A stretch of 64,000 nt of DNA from Mobula birostris. Taxonomy: Eukaryota. Below the pieces are notes generated by a model. That model saw nothing but the letters and a program-made list of their open reading frames with translations. It had not been told where the DNA came from and made no database searches. Of this stretch, positions 1 to 11,899 are shown piece by piece; position 1 is the first letter of the stretch, and each line of letters begins with the position of its first letter. The translations under genes were made by a program, and so were the position numbers. The stretch covers positions 128,807,356-128,871,355 of the forward strand of contig NC_092377.1 of NCBI RefSeq assembly GCF_030028105.1, given 5' to 3'.

Positions 1-145
1 GCAACCCAGATACACTCCTTCAAACAGCTTGCGCTTGCCTCACTTAAACTAGCAGGAACAGGAGCTGTGTGCTACAACACTGAAAACATTTCATCCCCAC
101 CAAAAGCAAGTCCAACCACAAATGACTCACCAAAATCTTGTAGGC

Positions 146-1350
146 AGAACTTCACTCTGTATCTGACCCCTGGAGAGTGTGATGCTATGGTGTAGAGGGA
201 GTTTCACTCCGTGTCTGGCCCCAGGCATGTGTGATGGGACAGTGTGGAGGGAGCTTCACTCTGTGTCTGATGCCAGGAGTGTGTGATGGGACGGTGTAGA
301 GGGAGTTTCACTCGGTGTCTGATGCCAGGAGTGTGTGATGGGACGGTGTAGAGGGAGTTTCACTCTGTGTCTGACCCCTGGCGTATGTGATGGGATACAG
401 TGTGGAGGGAGATTCACTCTGTGTCTGACCCCAGGAGTGTGTAATGGGATGGCGTGAAGGGAGCTTCACTCTGTGTCTGATCCTGGGAGTGTGTAATGGG
501 ATGCTGTGGAGGGAGCTTCACTCTGTGACTGACCCCTGGAGTGTGTGATGGGATACAGTGTGGAGGGAGATTCGCTCTGTGTCTGACCCCTTTGGAGTGT
601 GTGATGGGATGGTGTGGAGGCAGATTCACTGTGTCTGACCCTGGGAGTGTGCATTGGGATCGTATGGAGGGAGTTTCACTCTGTGTCTGACCCTGGGAGT
701 GTGTGATGGGATGGTGTGGAGGGAGTTTCGCTCTCTGTCTGATGCCAGGAGTGTGTGATGGGACGGTGTAGAGGGAGTTTCACTCTGTGTCTGACCCCTG
801 GAGTGTGTGATGGGATGGTGTGGAGGGAGCTTCACTCTGTGTCTGATCCTGGGAGTGTGTAATGGGATGCTGTGGAGGGAGCTTCACTCTGTGACTGACC
901 CCTGGAGTGTGTGATGGGATACAGTGTGGAGGGAGATTCGCTCTGTGTCTGACCCCTTTGGAGTGTGTGATGGGATGGTGTGGAGGCAGATTCACTCTGT
1001 GTCTGACCCTGGGAGTGTGCGATGTGACAGTGTGGAGGGAGTTTCACCCTGTGTCTGCCCCTGGGAGTATGTGATGTGACAATGTGGAGGGAGCTTCACT
1101 CTGTCTGACTCCGGGAGTGTGTAATGGGACAGTGTGGAGGGAGTTTCACTCTGTGTCTGACCCGGGAGTGTGTAATGGGACAGTGTGGAGGGAGCTTCAC
1201 TCTGTGTCTGACCCTGGGAGTGTGTAATGGGATGGTGTGGAGGGAGCTTCACTCTGTGACTGACCCCAGAGTGTGTAATGGGACAGTGTGGAGGGAGTTT
1301 CACTCTGTGTCTGACCCTGGGAGTGTGTACTGGGATGGTGTGGAAGGAGC
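146..1350 (+). repeat. About 52-bp tandem repeat array (GAGGGAGCTTCACTCTGTGTCTGACCCCTGGAGTGTGTGATGGGACAGTGTG), about 23 units
   Basis: TTCACTC recurs at 203, 255, 307, 359 and 413; internal 366-bp block duplication. Confidence 0.95.
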
Positions 1351-2139
1351 CATCTGACACAATGAAGCTCTGGATCCCACAGCAGGGAGACTAAATATTA
1401 CAGGATATGGTTTAATAGGAGAGTTTGGAGCATTGTTGAGTGTGAGTGAGGGAGCTGGGGGAGGGAGAGAAGGAATGGGGAGAGGGTGGGACAGATAGGG
1501 AAAGACAGGATAGTTAAAGTAGAGAGAGGGAGCATGGTGATAAAGAAAGGCAGGGGAGGGGGAGAGGGACACAGAGAGTGTGACTAGGAGAAAGGTACAG
1601 AAAGACCTTTAGGTGTGGGTTGGGAGAGCCAGGAGAGGAGAGAGGAGGGAAAGTGAAAGAGGAGAGCGAAGTGTGGTGAGAGGAGAGGAGAGGGAGAGAG
1701 GAAGATGGGGTAGAGTGAAGGAGAGAGACAGAGAGAGAGGGAGAGATGGAGAGATTGTAATTGACTGGAGTGGAGAGGTGTGGGGGGGGGGGTGACAGAA
1801 TCTCTTGCCTACAGGAAGCTCAAGGAGCCAATCGCCCCCTTTCTGTCACCATGTAATGGGCAGACAGGATCCTGAATGCCCTCCCACTGTCTGCTCTGTG
1901 TAAGCAGCCTTGTCCTGGTGTCCCAGTTTCAGTGTTGCTGTATGTGGGGCACAGCTGAATCTGGAGCACTCCCTGGGGCATTGGAGAGCCTGTCACTGCC
2001 TACTGCAAGCAGGACACATCCAAAAATACACTCGCTAATCTCCCAGGCAGGAATGGACACAGGTTTGTCCCACATCCCACTTTACAGAATGTCCTAACCA
2101 CCGACGAGTGCAAAGCCACACCACTCCTATCCCCGACAA

Positions 2140-3930
2140 TTGGTGCTGCACCCACGACACCATGGTCTTGTACTGAAACGCAAGCTCCTGATAACACCGC
2201 GCCCTTGTACAGAAACACAAGCTCCCAGTAACACCGTGCCCTTGTACAGAATCACAAGCTCCCAATAGCACAGTGTCCTTGTACAGAAACGCAAGCTCCC
2301 AGTAACACAGTGCCCTTGTACAGAAACACAAGCTCCCAGTAACACAGTGCCCTTGTACAGAAACACAGGCTCCCAGTAGCACAGTGCCCTTGTACAGAAA
2401 CACAAGCTCCCAGTAACACAGTGCCCTTGTACAGAAACACAAGCTCCCAGTAACACAGTGCCCTTGTACAGAAACACAAGCTCCCAGTAACACAGTGCCC
2501 TTGTACAGAAACACAAGCTCCCAGTAACACAGTGCCCTTGTACAGAAACACAAGCTCCCAGTAACACAGTGCCCTTGTACAGAAACACAAGCTCCCAGTA
2601 ACACAGTGCCCTTGTACAGAAACACAAGCTCCCAGTAACACCGTGCCCTTGTACAGAAACACAAGCTCCCAGTAACACAGTGCCCTTGTACAGAAACACA
2701 AGCTCCTGGTAACACCGTGCCCTTGTACAGAAACACAAGCTCCCAGTAACACAGTGCCCTTGTACAGAAACACAGGCTCCCAGTAGCACAGTGCCTTTGT
2801 ACAGAAACACAAGCTCCCAGTAACACAGTGCCCTTGTACAGAAACACAAGCTCCCAGTAACACAGTGCCCTTGTACAGAAACACAAGCTCCCAGTAACAC
2901 CGTGCCTTTGTACAGAAACACAAGCTCCCAGTAACACCGTGCCCTTGTACAGAAACGCAAGCTCCCAGTAACACAGTGCCCTTGTACAGAAACACAAGCT
3001 CCCAATAGCACAGTGTCCTTGTACAGAAACACAAGCTCCCAGTAGCACAGTGCCCTTGTACAGAAATGCAAGCTCCCAGTAACACAGTGCCCTTGTACAG
3101 AAACACAAGCTCCCAGTAACACCGTGCCCTTGTACAGAAACGCAAGCTCCCGGTAACACAGTGCCCTTGTACAGAAACACAAGCTCCCAATAGCACAGTG
3201 TCCTTGTACAGAAACACAAGCTCCCAGTAGCATAGTGCCCTTGTACAGAAATGCAAGCTCCCAGTAACACAGTGCCCTTGTACAGAAACACAAGCTCCCA
3301 GTAGTACAGTGCCCTTGTACAGAAACACAAGCTCCCAGTAGCACAGTGCCCTTGTACAGAAACACAAGCTCCCAGTAACACCGCGCCCTTGTACAGAAAC
3401 ACAAGCTCCTGATAACACCATGTCCTTGTACAGAAACACACACTCCCGGTAATACCATCCCTTATACAGAAACACACACTCCCGGTAACACCACCCCATT
3501 GTACAGAAATGCAAACTCCCGGTAACACCACCCCCTTGTACAGAAACGCAAGCTCTCGATAACACCGTGCCCTTGTACAGAAACACAAGCTCCCAGTAAC
3601 ATCGTGCCCTTGTACAGAAACGCATGCTCCTGGTGATACCATTCCCTTGTACAGAAACGCAAGCTCATTTGTGCAGAAATGCAAACTCCCGGTAACACAT
3701 GCTGTTGTACAGAAACACAAGCTCCTGGGAACACCGTGCCCTTGTCTATAAACAGAAGCTCCTGGTAACACCACACTCTCATACAGAAACACAGGCTCCT
3801 GGGAACACCACACTCTCATACAGAAACACAGGCTCCTGGGAACACCACACTCTCATACAGAAACACAGGCTCCTGGGAACACCACACTCTCGTACAGAAA
3901 CACAAGCTCCTGGGAACACCGGCCCTTGCG
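2140..3930 (+). repeat. 37-bp minisatellite (GTACAGAAACACAAGCTCCCAGTAACACAGTGCCCTT), about 48 units, decaying to about 4560
   Basis: Directly visible near-identical units; source of the long minus-strand ORFs in all three frames. Confidence 0.97.
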
Positions 3931-4849
3931 CACTAACATGTGTCCCTGACAACACTGTGCCCTTACACGATGATTTATGTTCCCCGTGACACTGTGCTCT
4001 TACACACCAACTTGTGTTCCCAGCAATATCATGCCCTTACACACTAATGTCTCTTCCTGGTAACACCACACTCTTACACATTAACGTGGGTTCCCAATAA
4101 CACTGCGCTCTTACCATGAACGTGTGTTCGCAGTGACACCACATTCTTACACACTAACATGTACTCCCAGTAACACATCATTCTTACACATGAATGTTAC
4201 TACCAGTGAAACCGTTCCCTTACACACTAGCAAGTGCACCCCATAACAGTTCATTCTTACACACTCACATGTACTTGTGCTTACACACTCATGTGTACCG
4301 CCAGTGAAGCTGCTCTTTTACATGCTGACGTATATTGCTGGCAACATCACACTCTTACGCACTGAAGAATGTTCCCACTAACATCATGATTTTACACACT
4401 GATATGTTTTCCCAGTAACACCGTGTCCTTACACTCACGTGAGCTCCTGGTAACACCACATTCTCACACACTGGTGTGTGTTCCCGGTAACACCACACTC
4501 AGACACACCATGTGCTCCCAGTAATGGCACACTTACACACTAATGTTCTCCAGCTAACATCGATATTTTACACTGCACATTAACCCTGCGCTCGCTGTAG
4601 TTGCCTTAGCTCAACCAGATTCACTACAAGGTACCTGCTGCGATAACCTTGTTCCACTCACTGTCTCCACAGACATTTAACACCCTTGCTGTGAACAGCA
4701 ATCTGCCAACACGTTTGACCCAGTAACACAGACATACTGAGGAAACGGGCAGCAGGTATTTATCAGTGTCCCAGTTAACACACTCCCAACCCACAGCAGA
4801 ATCCGCTCCTGCCACTTCCCTCCAACATCACACACTCCAAACTACACGG

Positions 4850-6860
4850 GGCTGGTGGTTTGAGGGGGGGGAGTGGGAGGTGCAAGGAGGGAGGAGTGGG
4901 GAAAAGTGGGTGACAGGGTCACAGAATGGGGTAAAGAGGGAAGGGAGGTGGAGATAGGGGGCTGAAGACAATGGGTGTGATCTGGTGAGGTAAGTGGGTG
5001 AGGAGGAAAGAGAGAGAGAGGAAGGGTGAGCCAGAAGAGAGGAGTGGGAAGGGAGAGAGGGATACACAAAGGAAGAGGGAGGGACAGTGAGTGGAGGGAG
5101 ATGGAAAGGGGGAGAGAAGGAGGAGAGGATGGTGGAGGAGGTGGGAGGGGAAAGATGTCAAGGACAGAGGAGAAGGACNNNNNNNNNNNNNNNNNNNNNN
5201 NNNNNNNNNNNNNNNNNNNNNNNNNNNNNNNNNNNNNNNNNNNNNNNNNNNNNNNNNNNNNNNNNNNNNNNNNNNNNNNNNNNNNNNNNNNNNNNNNNNN
5301 NNNNNNNNNNNNNNNNNNNNNNNGAAAGAGGGAGGGGGAGGGGGAAAGAGGGAGGGGGAGGGGGAAAGAGGGAGGGGAGGGGGAAAGAGGGAGGGGGAGG
5401 GGGAAAGAGGGAGGGGAGGGGGAAAGAGGGAGGGGAGAGGGAAAGGGGGAGGGGAGAGGGAAAGTGAGGGGGGAAGGAGGAGGGGAAGGGCGGGAGAGGG
5501 AGGGGGAAGGGCAGGAGAGGTAGAGGGAAAAAAGGGTGAGAGGGGAAAAGGGTGAGATGGAGAGGGGAAAAGGGGAGAGGGAGAATGGGGAGGTGGGATG
5601 GGGAGAAAGGAGTGTGAAGGGGAAGGGNNNNNNNNNNNNNNNNNNNNNNNNNNNNNNNNNNNNNNNNNNNNNNNNNNNNNNNNNNNNNNNNNNNNNNNNN
5701 NNNNNNNNNNNNNNNNNNNNNNNNNNNNNNNNNNNNNNNNNNNNNNNNNNNNNNNNNNNNNNNNNNNNNNNNNNNNNNNNNNNNNNNNNNNNNNNNNNNN
5801 NNNNNNNNNNNNNNNNNNNNNNNNNNNNNGGGAAGAAAGAGGGGGAGAAAGGAGGGGAGGAAGAGGTAGGAGGGAAGAGGTAGGAGGGGGAACGGTAGAG
5901 GGGGAAGTGATAGGGGTAGAGGGGGAAGTGATAGGGGTAGAGGGGGAGGGGTAGAAAGTGGAGATAGGAGGAGAGAGTGAGGGTGAGGAGAAGAGGAGGG
6001 AGACGGAGGAAGAATGGAGGTGGAAGAGACGGGTTATTGGTAGGCATGATGGGGAGAAGGGTGGAAGGATGGGTGAGGGAGAGAGGGACGGGCTGAGGGA
6101 AGGAGGAAAGGAGAGATGGAGGGAATGGGGTTGTGTGGGAGGGACAATGCAGGGACAGACTAACAGGGGAAGAGAGAGATGTAGGGAGGGAGGAGCTCAG
6201 AAAAGAAGAAAGGGAGAGTTGAAGAGAGGGAGAGGTTGAGGGGAGGGGGAGAGGAAGGGGAGGAGGGGCGGGGAGGAGAGGAGGGAGGGAGAGGAGGGAG
6301 GGAGGGGGAGGGAAGGAGGGGAGGGAAGGAGGGAAGGAGGGGAGGGAAGGAGGGGAGGGAAGGAGGGGAGGGAAGGAGGGGAGGGAAGGAGGGGAGGGAA
6401 GGAGGGGGAGGGGAGAGGGGTAGGGGAGGGGGAGGGGGAGGGGGTAGGGGAGGGGATAGGGGAGGGTGAGGGGGTAGGGGAGGGGGGAGGGGGAGGAGAG
6501 GAGGGAAGGAGGGGGAGGGGAGGGGGAGGGGAGGGAGGAGAGATAGAGACGGGGAAGGGAGAGAGGAACCGGAGAGAGGGATGGTGGTGGGGATGAGAAA
6601 AGGGAGATGGAGGGAGTGAGGGAAGCAAGCAAGGAAGGAGGAATGGAAAGAAGAAGGGAGGCGATGGAGGGCTGGAGAGAATGATTGAAGGAGGGAAGGA
6701 GGGAGGGAATGATGGATGGTGGGAGGAATGGAAGGAGATGGATGGTGGGAGGAATGGAAGGAGAGATGGATGGCGGGAGGATTGGAGAGATGGAGGAATG
6801 AAGGGAGGGAGAGAGGGAGGAATGAAGGGAGGGAGAGAGGAAGGGCTGGAGGGAGAAGAA
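4850..6860 (+). repeat. Purine-rich (G/A) low-complexity tract with two assembly gaps (N at 5179-5323 and 5628-5829)
   Basis: Almost exclusively G and A, with short local tandem units and N runs. Confidence 0.95.
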
Positions 6861-6885
6861 AGATTAGCCAACGGCAATAACTCAC

Positions 6886-6891
6886 CACCAT
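6886..6891 (-). CDS. ARHGAP33: Probable first coding micro-exon (Met-Val) of ARHGAP33; the rest of the gene would lie left of the window
   Basis: gctgtcATGGTG|GTGAGT (good Kozak, strong donor) at the end of a CpG island. Human ARHGAP33 begins MV-ARSTD and lies directly downstream of PROSER3 on the same strand. No second exon was found inside the window, so the identity rests on synteny. Confidence 0.55.
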
Positions 6892-6989
6892 GACAGCAGG
6901 ATTCAGCGACTGCCCACAGCCCGGGAGTTGGTGGGCTCTCGATCTTTCTAATCATACCCAGTGGGAAACTACCCCCAAACCGCTCCACC

Positions 6990-7520
6990 CCCACCTCCTC
7001 ACACACACTCCGTCGTCCTGGGACCCAAACGAACTCCACACACCCCCTCCCTCCGGTCGTCCCCTCCGTCAGGGAGGCAGACGAATGTCACTGCCTTCTG
7101 CGGCTCCCATCCCACCCACCCCAGCCCCGGACTCCCGCGGAAAACCTCTTCCTCCGCCTCCCGCTGACTACCGTCTCCTTCCCGGGTCGAGAGAGAGAGA
7201 GAGAGAAGGAAAGAGTCAAATTCTCCTTTCTCTTTCTCGCTCTCTCTCTCTCCGCCTGGGAACGAGGGAGGTGACAGATTCTGCGGCACCGCCCCCCGCC
7301 GCTCATCCAGCTCGGATCGGAGCGACCATGCCCGGACATGGGACGCCCGGCGAGGCACAGAGTACGCAGGGTGTGTGTGCCCCATGCCTGAGATGTCCCC
7401 GAACCCGGCCCGCCGACCCGAGCCCCACTTTCGGAGGCGGCAGTGGGGTCTCCCAGCCCCGACAAGAAGACTCCAAGGTGGAGGTGTGGGGTTGGGTCGG
7501 ATCGTCACCTCTGTTCGGCA
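6990..7520 (-). promoter_or_regulatory. CpG island / promoter and 5' UTR of the leftward gene (probably ARHGAP33)
   Basis: CpG-rich segment containing (GA)n/(CT)n tracts, immediately upstream of the ATGGTG|GTGAGT exon end. Confidence 0.7.
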
Positions 7521-7796
7521 ACACGAAATCAATTAGAAACTCCTTGTATGTCGGTGTCTCTGTGTCCCGTCACCTAGTATGTGTAAGTGAGAGTGAGAGA
7601 ATGAATGAGGGAACAATGGCAGAAAGAGTGGTTGAAAAATGGGAAAAGGGCAGAGCATGTCCGTCACACACGTCGCTGGGGAATTAGGGTCACTGAGGGA
7701 CGTGTGAAGGAGCTGGAGTAACATCGTAGGGATACGGTGCCCTAAGGGTAGAATGACTGTAATATCTATCCCAGAGAGCCAAACCATTGAGAAAAG

Positions 7797-7922
7797 CGAA
7801 GGGCTTCAGTCTGAAACCTCGACTGTACTTTTTTCCTGTAGATGCTGCCTGGTCTGCTGAGTTCCTCCAGCACTTTGTGTGTGTCGCTCGGATTTCCAGC
7901 ATCTGCAAGCTTTCTCTCGTTG
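7797..7922 (+). mobile_element. Penelope-like element terminal (pLTR) fragment with truncated hammerhead motif
   Basis: Matches the reverse complement of 58755-58845 (gatgctgcctgg...ctgctgagttcctccagca...gtgtgt). Confidence 0.75.
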
Positions 7923-7937
7923 TTGGAGAAAATCAAT

Positions 7938-8290
7938 CCCATCACTGCCCTTTCACACATCCCAGGGTCAGACAGAGTGAAGCTCCCTCCACACCATCCC
8001 ATCACACACTTAGACACAGAGTGAAGCTCCCTCCACACTGTCCCATCACACACTCCCGGGGTCAGACACAGAGTGAAGCTCCCTCCACACAGTCCCATCA
8101 CACACTTAGACACAGAGAGAAGCTCCCTCCACACCGTCCCATCACACACTCCCGGGGTCAGACACAGAGTGAAGCTCCCTCCACACAGTCCCATCACACA
8201 CTTAGACACAGAGAGAAGCTCCCTCCACACCGACCCATCATACACTCCCAGGGTCAGACACAAAATGAAACTCCCCTTACACCTCCTTAC
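7938..8290 (-). repeat. Inverted-orientation array of the 52-bp repeat
   Basis: Units gtcagacacagagtgaagctccctccacac are the reverse complement of the 146-1350 unit. Confidence 0.92.
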
Positions 8291-9416
8291 CACAGACAGT
8301 ATGCTCTCCTCTTTACTGAAGATATCCAACAGAGACTTCCTCCAAAACCGAGCGTTTTCCATTCCTTTCCAAACTTCCAGAACTGCAATAGACAAATATC
8401 TGTGAAGCTCCCACCAATTAACCATCGAATCCCCTCAACCCCCACATTTGTGCCTCGACCCATATCAACAAATCAGGAGATGTTTGGATTGGCAAAACTG
8501 CTCTCCTTCTGCTCCAGAGACCTGTGTTTGATCCTGATTCTGGGTGGGTGGCGGTGGTGTGTGTGTGTGTGTGACTGTCCACATGTCTCCCTGTGTCTGT
8601 GTCCTTTTATTCATGTGTCAACCATCCAATTTCTGAACTCTATGATCCCATGAACACTACATCATTATTCCTTCCTTTTTTTTGTTCTATTTAGTTTTGT
8701 TATTTTTGTAATTTATAGTAATTTTATGTACAGGTACTTTTACTATAGTGCTGAAGCGAAACAACAAATTTCACGTCATCTCTGTCAGTGATAATAAACT
8801 TAATGCTGATCTGTCTCACAGCTCCCTTCGGGAAAGAGGCACTGAAGCCTGAAGTCACACACGAGCAAGTTCAGGAACAGCTACTTCCCTTCAACCATTG
8901 AGTTCTTGAAACAACCAGCTCAACCCTAATCACTACCTCAGTATCGCAACACCAGGACCACTTTGCACTGCAATGGACTTTATTTCAATCTTTCTTGGAA
9001 CATTGTGATTAATTAATGCTTCATTTAATTTTCCTTGTGAATGTTGTGTATCTGACGCTGCTGCAAGCAAGTTTTTCTTTGCACCTGTGCACACTTGGAA
9101 TTGTGCATCTGACAATAAACTTGATGGACCTTGACCCAAGACTGGCAATGGACACACACCTGATTCACATTCCCGACAGAGTTCTCAGCTGGACAACTGG
9201 GATATCGGAATGATTGGGTCCTTGGATGACCTGCAAATTACGGGAAGATATCAGCATCTCGGGGAAGTAAATGAAAGAGAAAGTGGTTGACTGAATCAGG
9301 CCACCAAGAACAGCCACTCCAAAGCTCAGGCCAAAGAATAAACCACCAGGATTAGAATAAACCAGTGGGATTGGGGGGGGGGGGGGAGGCTGTGATGGTC
9401 ATTAGGGAGTTTATAA

Positions 9417-10700
9417 GACCATTAGACATCAGGGCAGAATTACTATAGGTCACTTGGCCCATCAATCTGCTTCACCATTTGATCATTTTGCCTCTCAACC
9501 CCATTCTCCTGCCTTCTCCCTGTAACCTTTGATACTCTTTCTAATCAACAAACTACCAACCTCCACTTTAAAAATACACAATGACTTGGCCTCCACAGCC
9601 ATGTGTGGCAATGAATTCCAGATTCACCCCCCCCCCCCCGGCTAAAGGAGTTCCTCATCATCTCTGTTCTAAATGAACGTCCCTCTATTCTGATGCTATG
9701 CCTTCTGCTCCCCCACTATAAAAAACATCACATCCAGTCTATCTAGTTCTTTCAAAATTCAATAGGTTTCAATGAGATCCACCCTTATTCTTCTAAACAG
9801 GAGAAAATCTGCAGATCCTGGGAATTTTTTTCCAGTCCTGATAAAGGGTCTTTGGCCAGAAACGTCAACTATTTACTCTTTTCCGTAGATAGTGCCCAGC
9901 CTGCTGAGTTCCCCCAGCATTTTTGTGTGTGTTGCTCTCATTCTTCTAAATTCCAGTGAGTATAGGCCCAGAGCCATCAAACACTACTCATACATTAACC
10001 CTTTCATTCCCAGGGTTATTCTCGTAAAACCCCTCTCCAATGCCCTCACATCCTTCCCCGGACAAGGGGCCCAAAACAGTTCAAGATATTCTAAATGTAG
10101 TCTGAGTGATGCCTAACAAAGCCTCAGCATTACATCATTGCTTTAATAGTCTATTCCTCTCAAAATGAATGATAACATCGCATTTTCCTTTCTTACCACC
10201 AACTCAACCTGTGAGTTAACCTTTAGGGAATCCTGTGCTAGGATTCCCAAGTCCCTTTGTACCTTTGATTTTTGAATTTTCTCCCCACTTAGAAAATAGT
10301 CTATGCCTTTATTCCTTCTACCAAAATGCATGACGATACACCCTTCTACACTCTATTCCATCTACCTATTCTTTGCCCATTCTCCTAATCTAACCAAACT
10401 CTTCTGTGGACTCCCTGCTTCCTCAACACTATCTGCCCCTCCACCTATCTTTGCATCAATCAGCAAACTTGGCCATAAAGCCAGATTATTAACATATAAT
10501 GTGAAAAGAAACTGACCCAGCACCAATTGCTGTGGAACACCACTGGTCACCAGCTGCCATTCAAAAAAGGCCCCCTTTATTACCACACTTTGCCTCCTGC
10601 CAGTCAGCCAATCTTTTATCCATGTTATTATCGTTCCTGTAGTACAATGGGCTCTTATCTTGTTTAGCAGCCTCATGTGTGGTACCTTGGCAAAGGTTTG
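9417..10700 (-). mobile_element. CR1 LINE 3' fragment (degenerate RT and 3' UTR), interrupted by a Penelope piece at 9798-9936
   Basis: Translated pieces AKVPHMRLLNKIRAH, VTSGVPQ, DAKIGG and MHFGRRNK...VQRDLG are typical of CR1 ORF2. Confidence 0.85.
9798..9936 (+). mobile_element. Short Penelope-derived insertion with mutated hammerhead motif and 14-bp target duplication
   Basis: Flanked by cttattcttctaaa (9784-9797) and ctcattcttctaaa (9937-9950); contains AGTC-CTGATAA...GAAACGTC-AACT at 9834-9870. Confidence 0.8.
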
Positions 10701-10942
10701 TGGACTCAAGAGGCTGTGTCTGTGAACACAGAACAAAGAATAATGAACCTGTGCAGACTCTCCCAAGAACTCAATCGTTCCTGTTCAGGCAACATAGAAC
10801 AGTACAACACAGGAACAATGTGCCTTCAGCCCACAATGTCTGTGTCAAACACAATGACATATCAAACTAAATCCCTTCAGCCTATACAATGTCCACATCC
10901 CTCCATTCTCTACACATTCATGTGTCTATTTATCAGTTTCTA

Positions 10943-11120
10943 AACACAAGAGTTTCTGCAGATGCTGGAAATCCAAAGCAACACACATAAAATGCCGGAG
11001 GCACTCATCGGGTCAGGCATGATCTACGGAGGGCAATAAACAACTGACATTTCAGGCTGGGAGGCTTCATCAGGACTGGAAAGGAAGGGGGCAAAACCAA
11101 GTATTGTTGTAATTCATGAA
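10943..11120 (-). mobile_element. Penelope-like pLTR copy with degenerate hammerhead motif
   Basis: Similar to 58755-58880; minus strand reads AGTC-CTGATGA-AGCCTCCCAGCCT-GAAA-TGTC at 11042-11077. Confidence 0.72.
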
Positions 11121-11899
11121 GGAAGGGGTGGGCAAGGAGGAGAGAGGTAGGAAAGAAAGAAGGGAGGTAAGAGAGATAGGCAGAGGGAGGGTGGAGAGAT
11201 GGGGTCTGAGGAGAGAGAGAGACAGGGACAGAGGAGAGAATGGAGGAGGGGGAGGGAGGAGAGAATGGAGGAGGGGGGAGGGAGGAGAGGAAGGAGAGAG
11301 AAGAGGAGAGGAAGGAGAGAGAAGAGAAAAGGGAGGAAGGACAAGAGAAAAGGGAGGAAGGACAAGAGAAGGGGAGGGTGGTTGAGAGGGGGATAGGAGA
11401 AGGGAGTATACAGATAGAGAGTCAGATAGAGAAACAGACAGAGAGATAGAGATAGCGATAGAGGGGGGAGACAGGAGAGAGGGCAGAGAGGTGTGGGGGG
11501 GACAGAAAGGAGGGAGGGAGAAAGAGAGAGATCTTGAAAAACACAGCAGACAGTGCAACTCATGTGTTTCTGGAGGTGCAAATGGTAAGGACAGAATCCA
11601 TTTGATGACAAGGATTCTCAGAATCCACAGAGATCAGAGCAGTGACACTGGCAGCTAATTCCCCTGCCTAAATTCTGGGGAGAATTGAAACCTGCACCCA
11701 AAGTCCCCTCTCACCACTTCTGCAAGTCCTTCTGGTTCCCATTAGTCAGATAATATCTCCCCAACTTCCTCACCCAGACACACTATACCGAAAATGCAAC
11801 TGATTTAACACTTCCTCAAGCAAGCAATGCACATGGAACGTTTCCCACACACACCCATTGTCCTGTTCCCAGTTAGTCCCACCATCCAGAAACACCATC

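Noticed and set aside
1810-2030. Possible ARHGAP33 exon 2 in unique sequence
   Set aside because: No ARSTD-like or PX-domain translation was found on the minus strand.
2035-3819. 594/443/457-aa Cys-rich ORFs in three minus frames
   Set aside because: Product of a stop-free 37-bp minisatellite; the same peptide cycles through all frames and there is no splice or homology support.
146-3930. CRISPR-like regular repeats
   Set aside because: Units are contiguous with no unique spacers, there are no cas genes, and the context is vertebrate.
4842-7039. Long Pro/Ser/Leu- or Gly/Glu/Arg-rich ORFs
   Set aside because: Translations of a homopurine low-complexity tract that spans N gaps.
6890-8653. 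265-aa and 288-aa + strand ORFs
   Set aside because: They run through a GC-rich island, a Penelope fragment and the 52-bp repeat; no recognisable domain.
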